From positions 32,001 to 96,000 of the forward strand of contig CAWJSK010000012.1 of assembly GCA_963845535.1 (NCBI GenBank): a DNA stretch of 64,000 nucleotides, read 5' to 3'. Both the position numbers and the translations under genes were made by a program. This stretch comes from an uncultured Spirochaetota bacterium (GTDB lineage: Bacteria > Spirochaetota > Spirochaetia > SZUA-6 > Fen-1364). Positions 28,785-38,225 of this stretch are shown one piece after another (within the stretch, counting starts at the first letter, position 1; every line of letters starts with the position of its first letter). Under the pieces are notes generated by a model that worked only from the letters and a program-made list of their open reading frames with translations, ran no database searches and was not told where the DNA came from.

Positions 28785-29771
28785 TCAGGAGCCCGGCCGC
28801 GAGCCATCCGAAGCCAGCTGGAGGACGCGATGCGCCGTTGGCGCGTCCACAATCAGCTCTGTCATGTAGCCAGCGCGGAGCGCCGCCAGGAGCCCCGCCG
28901 CCTTTGCGAGCCCCGAAACCACGCAGATGCCATGGCGGGCCTTCTCGAAGAGGGTAAGAGGGGGTCCGCTTGCCCGGGCGTTGATCTTGATGTCTGACCA
29001 GCTCCCATCCGCGCGGAAGAAGACCGTGGCAATGTCACCGATCACCTTGTCCTTCTTGAGGGCTTCCTGATCCTCGCGCTCGAGGTAGCCGCCGGCGTGG
29101 ATGTGGCTGGGCACCCCGGCGGAGACAGCGCCAATGCTGTACAGGAGCACATCCGCCTTGTGCTGGAGCTGCAACACCCGGCGGACACTCTTTTCTCTCC
29201 ACATCGCCTCCTTGGTCTCCTTGCGATCGAAGAAGGTCGGCACGGGAAGGAGATAGACACGGGCGTTGTAGGCGTCCGCGAAGACCTTCAGGATGGTTGC
29301 CGCATAACTGTTGTCGTACATGAAGGTATTTCCCGACCCGTTCAGCTGGACAATGGACAAGTCATAGACGTTTGTAGGCACAAGGTGCTCGCTGATGGCG
29401 CTCATTGTGGTCCCCCAGGCGACGCCGACGGAGGAATGCGCCTTCAGGACGGTGTTCAGATGTCTGGCCGCATACTTCGCCACGCGCTCCAGCCAGATCA
29501 CCTCGTCCAGCACCTCGGGGACGCTCACGATATGCACGGCATCGAGCTGGAACTGCGCCTTGATGAGCTCCTCCATGGGAAGGAGCTGGTCCTGCTTGTC
29601 ACGGACCCTGATCTCTACGAGCCCCTGCTTCTTTGCGAGGCTGAGGAGCCGCGAAACGGTAGGACGAGACACGTTCAGCTCTTTTGCGATTTGCTGCGTG
29701 GTAAGGTCGGAGTAGTAGTAGAGTTTGGCGACCTTGGCGGCGTCCTGGAGGGACTTGTCCGTATACTGCAC
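28785..29771 (-). CDS. SorC/DeoR-family sugar-binding transcriptional regulator
   Basis: VAKLYYYSDLTTQQIAKELNVSRPTVSRLL HTH; GVAWGTT, IGDI, ELIVD; start tentatively GTG 29771. Confidence 0.92.
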   Translation of the reverse strand: MQYTDKSLQDAAKVAKLYYYSDLTTQQIAKELNVSRPTVSRLLSLAKKQGLVEIRVRDKQDQLLPMEELIKAQFQLDAVHIVSVPEVLDEVIWLERVAKYAARHLNTVLKAHSSVGVAWGTTMSAISEHLVPTNVYDLSIVQLNGSGNTFMYDNSYAATILKVFADAYNARVYLLPVPTFFDRKETKEAMWREKSVRRVLQLQHKADVLLYSIGAVSAGVPSHIHAGGYLEREDQEALKKDKVIGDIATVFFRADGSWSDIKINARASGPPLTLFEKARHGICVVSGLAKAAGLLAALRAGYMTELIVDAPTAHRVLQLASDGSRPGS

Positions 29772-29828
29772 AAGGAATTCGTGCCGCGTAACGCTGAAAA
29801 AGTCAAGGAAGAGTGAAGGAAGAGTGAA

Positions 29829-29864
29829 TGAAATACCGTTCATGTAATTCTTGACATTTGTTCA
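29829..29864. promoter_or_regulatory. Paired putative SorC operator sites in the divergent promoter
   Basis: TGAAATACCGTTCA (29829) and TTGACATTTGTTCA (29851); the second overlaps a TTGACA -35 with TATAAT downstream. Confidence 0.55.
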
Positions 29865-29973
29865 TCCTGGCCTTATAATGAGTGATCCAAGCCTGAGATG
29901 GTATTCCTGCAAGTTTTCCCAAGGGGGGAAACCCGGGAAAAAGCTGGGCGTGGAGCGTGAGGGTGAGGCTTCT

Positions 29974-31587
29974 ATGCGTACACGATTTGATGTGCTCATC
30001 ATCGGGGCGGGCATCGTTGGCTGTCTGATCGCGCGGAGCCTCTCGAAGTTCAAGCTCTCCATCGGGGTTATTGACCGCGCAAACGACGTGGGGACAGGCG
30101 CAAGCGGCTCGAACAGCGCAATCATTCATTGCGGCCATGATCCCGAACCCGGGACGAACAAGGCCATCATGAACAGGCGCGGAAACGAGCTTTGGCGGCT
30201 CAAGATCGCAGAAGAGCTCGACGTTCCCTTCACGCAGACGGGAAGCTACATCATTGCGGTGGGGCCCGAGGAGTTTCCGCTGCTCAAGCCCCTCCTGGAG
30301 CGAGGGCAAGAGAACAAGATCGAGGGACTGGAGATCATCGGGCGGGATGCCTTGCTGGCAAAGGAGCCCTTGCTCTCTCCGCAGGTGAGCGGGGCGCTCT
30401 GGACGCCCACTGCTGGCGTTGTCGACCCCTTTGCGGGAGTCTATGCCGCCGCGGAAAACGCGGTGGTGAACGGAGTTACTATCATTCTGGATGCCGAGGT
30501 ACAAGACCTCGTGATCCAGGAAGGCGTCATCAAGGGCGTGGTGACCAGCCGTGGGGAGTACCAGGCGACATGGGTCATCAACTCCGCGGGCGTGCATTCT
30601 GATGACATCATACACATGGCAGGAGACCATCCGGAGTTCAAGATCAATCCGAGGAAAGGGGAGTACTTCATCTTCGATCCGGCGCGAATCCAGCTTACCA
30701 ACGTCTTGTTTCCCTTGCCCACGGAGAAAGGCAAAGGCATCCTGGTGACGACCACCGCGCATGGGAACGTCCTGATCGGCCCAAATTCGCAGGAAATTTC
30801 GGACAAGGATGATCTTGCATTGACGCGCCCCGGCATGGAGGAGGTCTTCAGCAACGCAAGGCGGCTCGTCCCCAGCCTCGACAAACGCGCCATCATAGCC
30901 AGTTTCGCGGGCGTGCGGGCGACGGGAAACTGGCACAAGGACTTTCTGATCGAGCATTCCGCATCCGCGAAAGGGCTGGTCAACCTTGGCGGGATCGAAT
31001 CGCCAGGATACGTCTCCGCGCCCGCAATCGCCGAGCGGGTCGAAGAAATGCTGCGCGAGGCAGGCGCGCGCCTTGTCGAGAAGGAGGGCTGGAATCCCCG
31101 CCGCGTTGCGCGGCCATCCTTCAAGAAGCTTTCCCATGAGGAGCGGGCCGCGCTGATCAAGGCAGAGCCGCTCTATGGCCGTATTGTGTGCCGGTGCGAG
31201 CAAGTGACGGAAGGCGAGGTTGTCGCCGCCATTCATTCTCCCGTCCCCGCCCGAAGCTACGATTCAGTGAAAAGGCGCTGCTGGCTGGGAACGGGACGCT
31301 GCCAGAGCGGCTTCGATACTCCGAGGGTTTTGGAGATCCTTTCCCGGGAGCTTGGCGTGCCCATGACGGCGGCGACAAAGAAAGGCGTCGGTTCCGAGTA
31401 CCTGTATCGGCGCACAAAAGACCAGCCCGGGGCAGAGACGCCCCCGCTGCCGAAGCCTTCGGCAGCTACGAAAAAAATGGCCACGCCAAACATGGCGGCG
31501 CAAGAAAAGGCCACGCGAAGAGTGGCGGTGCACGCGAAGGCCCGAAGAAGGCCGCCCCAGCACGGAAGAAGGCGCAATCATGAGTGA
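29974..31587 (+). CDS. FAD-dependent oxidoreductase with BFD-like [2Fe-2S] domain (GlpA-like glycerol-3-phosphate dehydrogenase)
   Basis: IIGAGIVG, SGSNSAIIH, GIESPG, VCRCEQVTEGEV, GRCQSGF; start MRTRFD 29974. Confidence 0.88.
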   Translation: MRTRFDVLIIGAGIVGCLIARSLSKFKLSIGVIDRANDVGTGASGSNSAIIHCGHDPEPGTNKAIMNRRGNELWRLKIAEELDVPFTQTGSYIIAVGPEEFPLLKPLLERGQENKIEGLEIIGRDALLAKEPLLSPQVSGALWTPTAGVVDPFAGVYAAAENAVVNGVTIILDAEVQDLVIQEGVIKGVVTSRGEYQATWVINSAGVHSDDIIHMAGDHPEFKINPRKGEYFIFDPARIQLTNVLFPLPTEKGKGILVTTTAHGNVLIGPNSQEISDKDDLALTRPGMEEVFSNARRLVPSLDKRAIIASFAGVRATGNWHKDFLIEHSASAKGLVNLGGIESPGYVSAPAIAERVEEMLREAGARLVEKEGWNPRRVARPSFKKLSHEERAALIKAEPLYGRIVCRCEQVTEGEVVAAIHSPVPARSYDSVKRRCWLGTGRCQSGFDTPRVLEILSRELGVPMTAATKKGVGSEYLYRRTKDQPGAETPPLPKPSAATKKMATPNMAAQEKATRRVAVHAKARRRPPQHGRRRNHE

Positions 31588-32845
31588 CTACAACGTGGTT
31601 GTTGTAGGCGGAGGACCGGCGGGCATGGCGGCCGCAATCGAAGCCAAGAAGGCGGACGGTGCCCGGGTCCTTATCATCGAACGAAACACTGCTTTGGGAG
31701 GAATCCTCCCGCAGTGCATCCACAACGGGTTCGGCTCCGTCATCTTCGGGGCCGATCTGCCGGGGCCTGAGTATGCCCTGCGCTATCGTGACCAGGTGGA
31801 GAAGCTCGGCATCGACGTCATGCTGGATACCATCGTCACGGAGATTGCCCCGGACCGCGGGATCTACGCAATGAACAGCCATGACGGCTACATGCATTTC
31901 CGGCCTGACGCCATCGTTCTTGCCATGGGCTGCCGGGAGCGCACACGGTCCCAGATCCAGCTTCCCGGAGCCCGTTGCTCAGGCATCTTCTCCGCCGGCA
32001 CCGTGCAGAGGCTGGTGAACATCGAAGGCTACATGCCGGGGAAGCGGGTGGTGGTCCTCGGTTCCGGAGACATCGGGATGATCATGGCCCGGCGCCTTAC
32101 CATCGAGGGCGCGGAAGTGGTGGGCGTATTCGAGCTTCTGCCCTTCCTGACGGGGCTGCGCAGGAACTACGTCCAGTGTCTGCTCGACTACAACATCCCC
32201 CTGCATCTCAGCACGACGGTGACGAACATCTTCGGCGGCCGCCGTCTGGAAGCAGTGGAGGTCACGCGGGTGGATGAAAAACTCTCGCCCATATCGGGTA
32301 CGGCGCAACGCATCGAGTGCGACACCCTCCTGCTTTCCGTGGGGCTCATCCCTGAAAACGAGCTTTCCCGAAGCGCGGGAGTGGAGTTGGACCCGAGGAC
32401 TGCGGGGCCATTCGTGGACAACTTCATGGCCACGAACGTTCCGGGGATCTTCGCCGCGGGCAACGTCGTGATGATCTACGACCTCGTGGACTACGTGAGC
32501 AAGGCGGGGGTCGTGGCTGGGAGCAACGCCGGGCGCTACGCGAAAACCGGCGAATGGAAGACGGGGGATTTCATCACCCTGTCTGCCGGCGAAAATGTCG
32601 GCGTGCTCCAGCCGCAGAAGATGCGAATCGATGGAGAGGATCAAGAGATCCTTCTTAAGCTTCGCTCCAGCGCCCTGCTGGAGCGGCGTGTGACAGTGGA
32701 GGTCCGAGACGAGAACGGTCCAGTGATCTCATTCAAGGAGAAGTACGCCAGACCGGCAGAAATGATCATTCATCCTTTGAAGCCGAAGGAAATCCAGGCA
32801 ATCAAGAACGCCGCCTCGCAGCGGCTGACGGTGGTGATACAATGA
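31580..32845 (+). CDS. NAD(P)/FAD-dependent pyridine nucleotide-disulphide oxidoreductase
   Basis: GGGPAGMAAA, GGILPQCIHNGFG, AMGCRER, LGSGDIG, GIFAAGNV. Confidence 0.9.
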   Translation: MSDYNVVVVGGGPAGMAAAIEAKKADGARVLIIERNTALGGILPQCIHNGFGSVIFGADLPGPEYALRYRDQVEKLGIDVMLDTIVTEIAPDRGIYAMNSHDGYMHFRPDAIVLAMGCRERTRSQIQLPGARCSGIFSAGTVQRLVNIEGYMPGKRVVVLGSGDIGMIMARRLTIEGAEVVGVFELLPFLTGLRRNYVQCLLDYNIPLHLSTTVTNIFGGRRLEAVEVTRVDEKLSPISGTAQRIECDTLLLSVGLIPENELSRSAGVELDPRTAGPFVDNFMATNVPGIFAAGNVVMIYDLVDYVSKAGVVAGSNAGRYAKTGEWKTGDFITLSAGENVGVLQPQKMRIDGEDQEILLKLRSSALLERRVTVEVRDENGPVISFKEKYARPAEMIIHPLKPKEIQAIKNAASQRLTVVIQ

Positions 32846-33249
32846 GCGACAAGAAACTTGCTTTTGACAGGTATTCGCAGGCAACAAGAAGCATCATCTG
32901 CCTCAGGTGCCCCATCGGGTGCGAAGTGCAGACCACGGTGGATGCCGCGAACAACGTCATCGAGGTCAAGGGGAACACCTGCAAGCTGGGCAGGGAGTAC
33001 GTGCAGACAGAGGTTGCTGACCCCCGCCGTGTCTTCTGCAGCACTGTCCGCGTCAAGGGCGGCGTAAAGCCGCTGGCCGCCGTGTGGACTCCCAAGCCCA
33101 TCCCCAAGGACATGCTCCTGGAGCTGGCGCGTGACACCCGCCTCGTGGAGGTCGCGGCCCCAGTCCATGTGGGCCAGGTGGTCATTGCCGACTGGAAGGG
33201 GTCGGGGCTCGATCTTGTTGCCAGCGACGAGGTGCAAAAGGCCTCCTGA
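32842..33249 (+). CDS. DUF1667-type CxxC metal-binding protein
   Basis: ICLRCPIGC, GNTCKLG, PRRV..STVRV; usual third gene of this trio. Confidence 0.85.
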   Translation: MSDKKLAFDRYSQATRSIICLRCPIGCEVQTTVDAANNVIEVKGNTCKLGREYVQTEVADPRRVFCSTVRVKGGVKPLAAVWTPKPIPKDMLLELARDTRLVEVAAPVHVGQVVIADWKGSGLDLVASDEVQKAS

Positions 33250-33273
33250 CCCTAGGGCGGCGTATGCGGGCCA

Positions 33274-34839
33274 CTACGACGAAACGATATACCCTCTCGC
33301 TTGCTCGGCATATGCGGATACCTGGTGCGCGCACCAGGATGAGTCCCTTCGGAGCTCCCGGGCCATGATCTGGGCGACCTTCGGGGCTGCCTCAATGCTT
33401 CTTCGTGCATCGAGGAGCAGCGTCCTGGTCCGTCGCGCAAGAAAATCCTCCACGCTGCGCGCCATTTCCTCACGAACTGCAAAGACGACCTGCGCCGCGA
33501 TCACGTCGGGCAGCTGCGGGTGGATCGGTGCGGCGAGCTCGGGGTCCTGACGCGCGAGCTCCTGGATCAACGGCGCGTCGCTTCCGTAGTACCATAGCTC
33601 TCCGAGCTCCCGGGGATTTGTGTGGTATCCGTGGACATGCGTTTCTTTCGTGACGCAGGGCCGGACAGGGAGGCCAGCCACAGCCGCGGCCCTCGTGACT
33701 GTCTTTTCAGCCATGTTCCTGTATGTGGTCCACTTCCCCCCAGCAACTGTCACGAGGCCTGATGAGGAAACGAGGATCGTCTCATCCCTACTGACGGCCG
33801 CGGTGTTCGCCGTGCTGCTCGGCGCGACCAGCGGACGGATGCCGGCATACGCGCACAAAACGTCCTTTCTTTCCGCGTCGCGCGAAAGGTAGCGCGCAAG
33901 ATTGCCGAGGATGAAATCCACTTCATCTTCCAGCGGGCGCGGTTCCAGAACGGCCTTTTCCACCTTCGTGTCCGTTGTGCCGACGATCAGCTTCTTGTGC
34001 CAGGGCACAGCGAAGAGCACGCGTCCATCGGTGGTGCGCGGGACCATCAGGGCGGCGTCTCCCGGCAGGAACGCCCGGTCCAGCACGAGATGCACGCCCT
34101 GGCTGGGGCTGATGATCCGCGCGGAGGCCGGGTCATCCATCTGAAGCACCGAGTCGCTGAACGGCCCCGTGGCATTCACCACCACCTTCGAGTGGAACTC
34201 CAGCTCTTCTCCGTTCTCTTCGTCCCGTGCCTGCACCCCGGAGATTTTCCCGCGAGTCTTGAGAAAGGCAGTCGCGCGCGTGTAGTTCAGAAGCACTCCG
34301 CCGTTGTCTGCCGCCGTGCGCGCCAGGTTGATGGCAAGCCGCGCGTCATCGAACTGCCCGTCGTAGAAGAGGATTCCGCCCCGCAGCCCTGTGGTCTCCA
34401 CGTTGGGCAGCAGGGATTGGGTTGTCCTGACGGAGAGGACGCGGGATCCGCCGAGACTGAGCCGGCCCGAAAGCATGTCGTAGAGTTTCAGGCCGATGCC
34501 GTAGTACGGCATTTCCCACCACTGATAGCGGGGCACGATGAACGCAACCCTATGGGCGAGATGGGGGGCGTTTCGCACCATGATGCCCCGTTCCCTCAAC
34601 GCCTCCCTCACCAGGGGAACGTTCCCCTGTTGGAGGTAGCGAACCCCGCCGTGCGCCATCTTCGTGCTCCGGCTGGAGGTCCCCTTTGCGAAATCATGTT
34701 GCTCCAGGAGCAGAGTCCGATACCCCCGGAGCGTTGCATCCACTGCCGTGCCCAAGCCGGATGCGCCGCCTCCGATGACGATGATGTCCCAATCGTTTGA
34801 GGAAGCTCGCGCACGGCTGATCATATCATCGCGCCGCAT
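33274..34839 (-). CDS. glpD: FAD-dependent glycerol-3-phosphate dehydrogenase
   Basis: IGGGASG, GTSSRSTKMAHGGVRYL, YDGQFDDARL, GGKWTTYR, DFLARRTR. Confidence 0.93.
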   Translation of the reverse strand: MRRDDMISRARASSNDWDIIVIGGGASGLGTAVDATLRGYRTLLLEQHDFAKGTSSRSTKMAHGGVRYLQQGNVPLVREALRERGIMVRNAPHLAHRVAFIVPRYQWWEMPYYGIGLKLYDMLSGRLSLGGSRVLSVRTTQSLLPNVETTGLRGGILFYDGQFDDARLAINLARTAADNGGVLLNYTRATAFLKTRGKISGVQARDEENGEELEFHSKVVVNATGPFSDSVLQMDDPASARIISPSQGVHLVLDRAFLPGDAALMVPRTTDGRVLFAVPWHKKLIVGTTDTKVEKAVLEPRPLEDEVDFILGNLARYLSRDAERKDVLCAYAGIRPLVAPSSTANTAAVSRDETILVSSSGLVTVAGGKWTTYRNMAEKTVTRAAAVAGLPVRPCVTKETHVHGYHTNPRELGELWYYGSDAPLIQELARQDPELAAPIHPQLPDVIAAQVVFAVREEMARSVEDFLARRTRTLLLDARRSIEAAPKVAQIMARELRRDSSWCAHQVSAYAEQARGYIVSS

Positions 34840-34932
34840 ACCATACTCCTGTGGCAAATATACTGTGTTTGACGGTAGCGTTGGACTTTCTGGGTGAGGA
34901 GGTTGCAGAGAAAGGCTTCCAGCCTTTTCCCG

Positions 34933-35187
34933 CTATCTGAAAATGCGGTAGAAAAGCCTCATACCGAAAAAGATGACCCAGATGAGGCCGCCGAAGAGGA
35001 GCGCGTACAGGAGGCCGGTAATCCACCCCCTGACAGGGATGACCTGCCAAGCCGTGAGAACCGCCATGAAAATACTGACAACCGTGATAATGGCCGTCCC
35101 GGTCTGAAGGGGAATCCATCCTCGTTGGGGCGGATTGGCGGGAGCCCCAGCTTCTTTGCGCTTCCCCGTGTTCTCTGGCTTTGCCAT
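34933..35187 (-). CDS. Small two-TM membrane protein, unknown function
   Basis: GGAGGAG upstream; charged N-terminus then two hydrophobic helices; lies between glpK and glpD. Confidence 0.6.
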   Translation of the reverse strand: MAKPENTGKRKEAGAPANPPQRGWIPLQTGTAIITVVSIFMAVLTAWQVIPVRGWITGLLYALLFGGLIWVIFFGMRLFYRIFR

Positions 35188-35239
35188 CGAGAGCTCCTCC
35201 GCGGCGCGACGGTGCGCCCTTTCCTCACCCTCTGCCGCT

Positions 35240-35287
35240 AAAAAAAATCAAGGGAGGGCCGCCACGTAACTCCTACGGCCCTTCCCT
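35240..35287 (-). terminator. Rho-independent terminator after glpK
   Basis: AGGGAGGGCCG / CGGCCCTTCCCT hairpin with an A-run at 35240-35247 (U-tract on the minus strand). Confidence 0.65.
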
Positions 35288-35314
35288 GAAATCAATTCAG
35301 AGACACAATGTCTC

Positions 35315-36808
35315 TCAGGCCTCGACCCAGTCGAAGGTCCGTGTCACGGCCTTCTTCCAGGACTTGTATTCCTTCTCTCGATGCGCAGAATCCATCTTCG
35401 GGGTCCACTCCCGATCCTTGCCCCAGTTGGCTCTGAGGTCTTCCACCTTGCTCCAGAAGCCGACTGCGAGACCAGCCGCATATGCAGCTCCCATGGCAGT
35501 CGTCTCAGCAACCGTCGGGCGGATGACAGGCACGCCGAGGATGTCCGCCTGGAACTGCATCAACAGCTCGTTGAACACCATGCCGCCGTCAACCTTGAGC
35601 GCGGTAAGGTTCACCCCGGAGTCCTTGTTCATGGCATCGAGGACCTCGCGGGTCTGGAACGCCGTGGCTTCCAGCACGGCGCGGGCGAGGTGCCCCTTGT
35701 TGATATAGCGCGTAAGACCGACGATCGCTCCGCGAGCATCGCTCTTCCAATACGGGGCGAACAGGCCGGAGAAGGCTGGGACGAAGTAGATCCCTCCGTT
35801 GTCATCCACAGTCTTGGCCAGCGCTTCGATCTCAGGCGATTTGGCGATCATGCCCAAGTTGTCGCGAAGCCACTGGACCAACGCGCCCGTGATTGCGATG
35901 GAGCCCTCGAGGCAGTACACGGCCGGTTGATCGCCGATCTTGTACCCGAGAGTGGTCAACAGACCGTTCTTTGACTGGACGGGCTTGTTCCCAGTGTTGA
36001 GCAGCATGAAGCATCCCGTTCCATAGGTGTTCTTGGCCTCGCCTGCGCTGAAGCAGGTCTGTCCAAAAAGCGCGGCTTGCTGGTCACCCAGATCCCCTGC
36101 GACGGGAATGCCAGCAAGATCTCCCGTGGCCTTTCCATACTCAGCGCTCGACGGCATGATTTTGGGCAGCATTGCCTTGGGGACGCCCATGATCTTCAGC
36201 ATGTCGTCGTCCCAGTCCAGTGTATTGAGGTTCATCAACATAGTGCGCGACGCATTGGAGACGTCAGTGACATGCGCCCCACCCTTCGGTCCGCCCGTGA
36301 GGTTCCAGATCACCCAGGTATCCATATTGCCGAAGAGCACTTCGCCCTTTTCCGCCTTTGCGCGGATGCCCGACACATTATCCAGCATCCACTTGATCTT
36401 CGGTCCGGAGAAGTACGTCGCGAGGGGAAGCCCCACCTTGGTGCGGAACCGGTCCTGTCCGCCGTTCTTTGCCAGCTCATTACAGATCGTATCTGTGCGG
36501 GTGTCCTGCCAGACGATGGCGTTGTGCACCGGTTTGCCGCTGGCCTTTTCCCACAGCAGAGTCGTCTCACGCTGGTTGGTCACGCCGACCGCAGCGATGT
36601 CCTTCACGTTGACTTTCTTCAGTACGCCTTTGATCACATCCTGCGTGCGCTGCCAGACTTCCATTGCATTGTGCTCGACCCAGCCCGGTTTGGGGTAGAT
36701 CTGCTCATGCTCTTTCTGCTCGACGGCGACCACCTTGCCGCCGTGATCGAAGACCATAAAGCGCGTGCTGGTGGTTCCCTGGTCTACCGCGGCTACGTAT
36801 TTAGCCAT
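35315..36808 (-). CDS. glpK: Glycerol kinase
   Basis: [51 protein letters not shown]. Confidence 0.98.
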   Translation of the reverse strand: MAKYVAAVDQGTTSTRFMVFDHGGKVVAVEQKEHEQIYPKPGWVEHNAMEVWQRTQDVIKGVLKKVNVKDIAAVGVTNQRETTLLWEKASGKPVHNAIVWQDTRTDTICNELAKNGGQDRFRTKVGLPLATYFSGPKIKWMLDNVSGIRAKAEKGEVLFGNMDTWVIWNLTGGPKGGAHVTDVSNASRTMLMNLNTLDWDDDMLKIMGVPKAMLPKIMPSSAEYGKATGDLAGIPVAGDLGDQQAALFGQTCFSAGEAKNTYGTGCFMLLNTGNKPVQSKNGLLTTLGYKIGDQPAVYCLEGSIAITGALVQWLRDNLGMIAKSPEIEALAKTVDDNGGIYFVPAFSGLFAPYWKSDARGAIVGLTRYINKGHLARAVLEATAFQTREVLDAMNKDSGVNLTALKVDGGMVFNELLMQFQADILGVPVIRPTVAETTAMGAAYAAGLAVGFWSKVEDLRANWGKDREWTPKMDSAHREKEYKSWKKAVTRTFDWVEA

Positions 36809-36899
36809 TTCTCATATCCTCCTCCTGAAATGTCGGCAGGAGAACCGCTGGGCCCGCCTGCCAGATCATCAATAGTCTGGAACCCGCCCCTAAGAAATA

Positions 36900-36923
36900 G
36901 TGGGAGGCGGCGCGGCCTCCCAC
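36900..36923. other. GC-rich intercistronic hairpin between glpF and glpK
   Basis: GTGGGAGGC-N6-GCCTCCCAC inverted repeat without a U-tract. Confidence 0.5.
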
Positions 36924-36950
36924 TCGACGCCTGCGGGGATCAGTTGTCGA

Positions 36951-37742
36951 TCAGCTTTCCTTGAACGCGGCCGATACGAACCAGTCGTAGAAAATCGGCC
37001 CCAGGATGCCGCCGATGATCACCGAAATGATTGGCGCGGCCAGCCAGTAGATTCCATCGAACAGGCCTGTGGTCCCGACCACCAGCCCGAAAAGGCGCGG
37101 CCCGAAGTCACGGGCAGGGTTGATGGCATAGCCGCTTGGCCCGCCGAGGGAGAGACCAACCGCGAGGACGGTGAAGCCAACGAGGAATGGCCCCAAGTTG
37201 TGCATGAGACCCAGATTCTTGGAGTCTCCGCTCGCAAGGATGCCCCACATAAGAACCATTGTGCCGAAAATTTCTGTGAGACACGCCGTGATCAGACTGT
37301 AATGGCCTACAGCCGTCGCACCCCCGCCTCCCCAGAATGCTTGCCCGAATACGGACCCGGGACCAGTGCACCACACGTTCGGAAGCCCTGCGGCCACGAG
37401 GCCGTCACGATAGCACAGGTAGACGGCCAAGGCGCCGAGGAACGCACCCACCACCTGAGCGATGATGTAAGGGAACACCTTCTTCCAGGGAAAGCCACGC
37501 TTCACCGCCAACCCTATGGTGACTGCCGGGTTTATATGCGCACCCGACACGCCGCCAGTCACGTAGACTGCAACGATGACCGCGAATGCCCATCCCAATG
37601 TAATGGTGTTCCAGTTGTAGGCGCCCGCCGCGAGACGAGGGGCAAGCCCAACGTTCGCGACGACGCCGTCTCCTAATAGAATCAGAATGAAGGTCCCGAA
37701 AATCTCACCAATCAGCTCTCGTCCCAAGCTCTTTTCTTTCAT
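36951..37742 (-). CDS. glpF: Glycerol uptake facilitator (aquaglyceroporin)
   Basis: SGAHINPAVT and GYAINPARDFGPR. Confidence 0.96.
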   Translation of the reverse strand: MKEKSLGRELIGEIFGTFILILLGDGVVANVGLAPRLAAGAYNWNTITLGWAFAVIVAVYVTGGVSGAHINPAVTIGLAVKRGFPWKKVFPYIIAQVVGAFLGALAVYLCYRDGLVAAGLPNVWCTGPGSVFGQAFWGGGGATAVGHYSLITACLTEIFGTMVLMWGILASGDSKNLGLMHNLGPFLVGFTVLAVGLSLGGPSGYAINPARDFGPRLFGLVVGTTGLFDGIYWLAAPIISVIIGGILGPIFYDWFVSAAFKES

Positions 37743-37889
37743 TGCTTTCGCCTCCTTGATATTGCTTTGTTCTTGCCATTCAACGGAAACAACTTTTCCA
37801 CACTATCAAGCTATCGGGCTGAAACGCAAATCTTTCCCCATGGGATATTTGGTTAAACCCTCCTTCGTAGAGCGCCGGAGTCTAAAAAT

Positions 37890-37925
37890 TGAACATCTGT
37901 TTAAACAGTATTGCACGAATGTTAA
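37890..37925. promoter_or_regulatory. Paired putative SorC operator sites upstream of glpF
   Basis: TGAACATCTGTTTA (37890) and TGCACGAATGTTAA (37912), 22 bp apart. Confidence 0.55.
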
Positions 37926-38037
37926 ACCAACTTATGTCGGCTGTCAAGTTTTTTTTTGACGACCGTTTGACGACCTTTTTTGGCGTGATGTCATGGAGCT
38001 GCCCGTTGCGATCGTGAACGCCGGATCGAGGTGAGCT

Positions 38038-38122
38038 CCAAAGCTCCCGAAGCCTTCGTGCAAGCTCTCTCCCGCTCATTCGTGGCATCACGACATCGCT
38101 AACCAATAAATCGACCGCGGCG
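38038..38122 (-). pseudogene. Internal fragment of a receiver domain
   Basis: AVDLLVSDVVMPRMSGRELARRLREL, including the phospho-acceptor Asp motif, in an intergenic region. Confidence 0.6.
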
Positions 38123-38225
38123 CCGCGCCAGCTACCGTAGCCGTTGAGCCCTCGCCTCCTTTCCGCCTGACCGCCGTTCGATGCCGCAATGCCTTGCAAC
38201 CTTCGTAAGCACCATTCACCGCATC

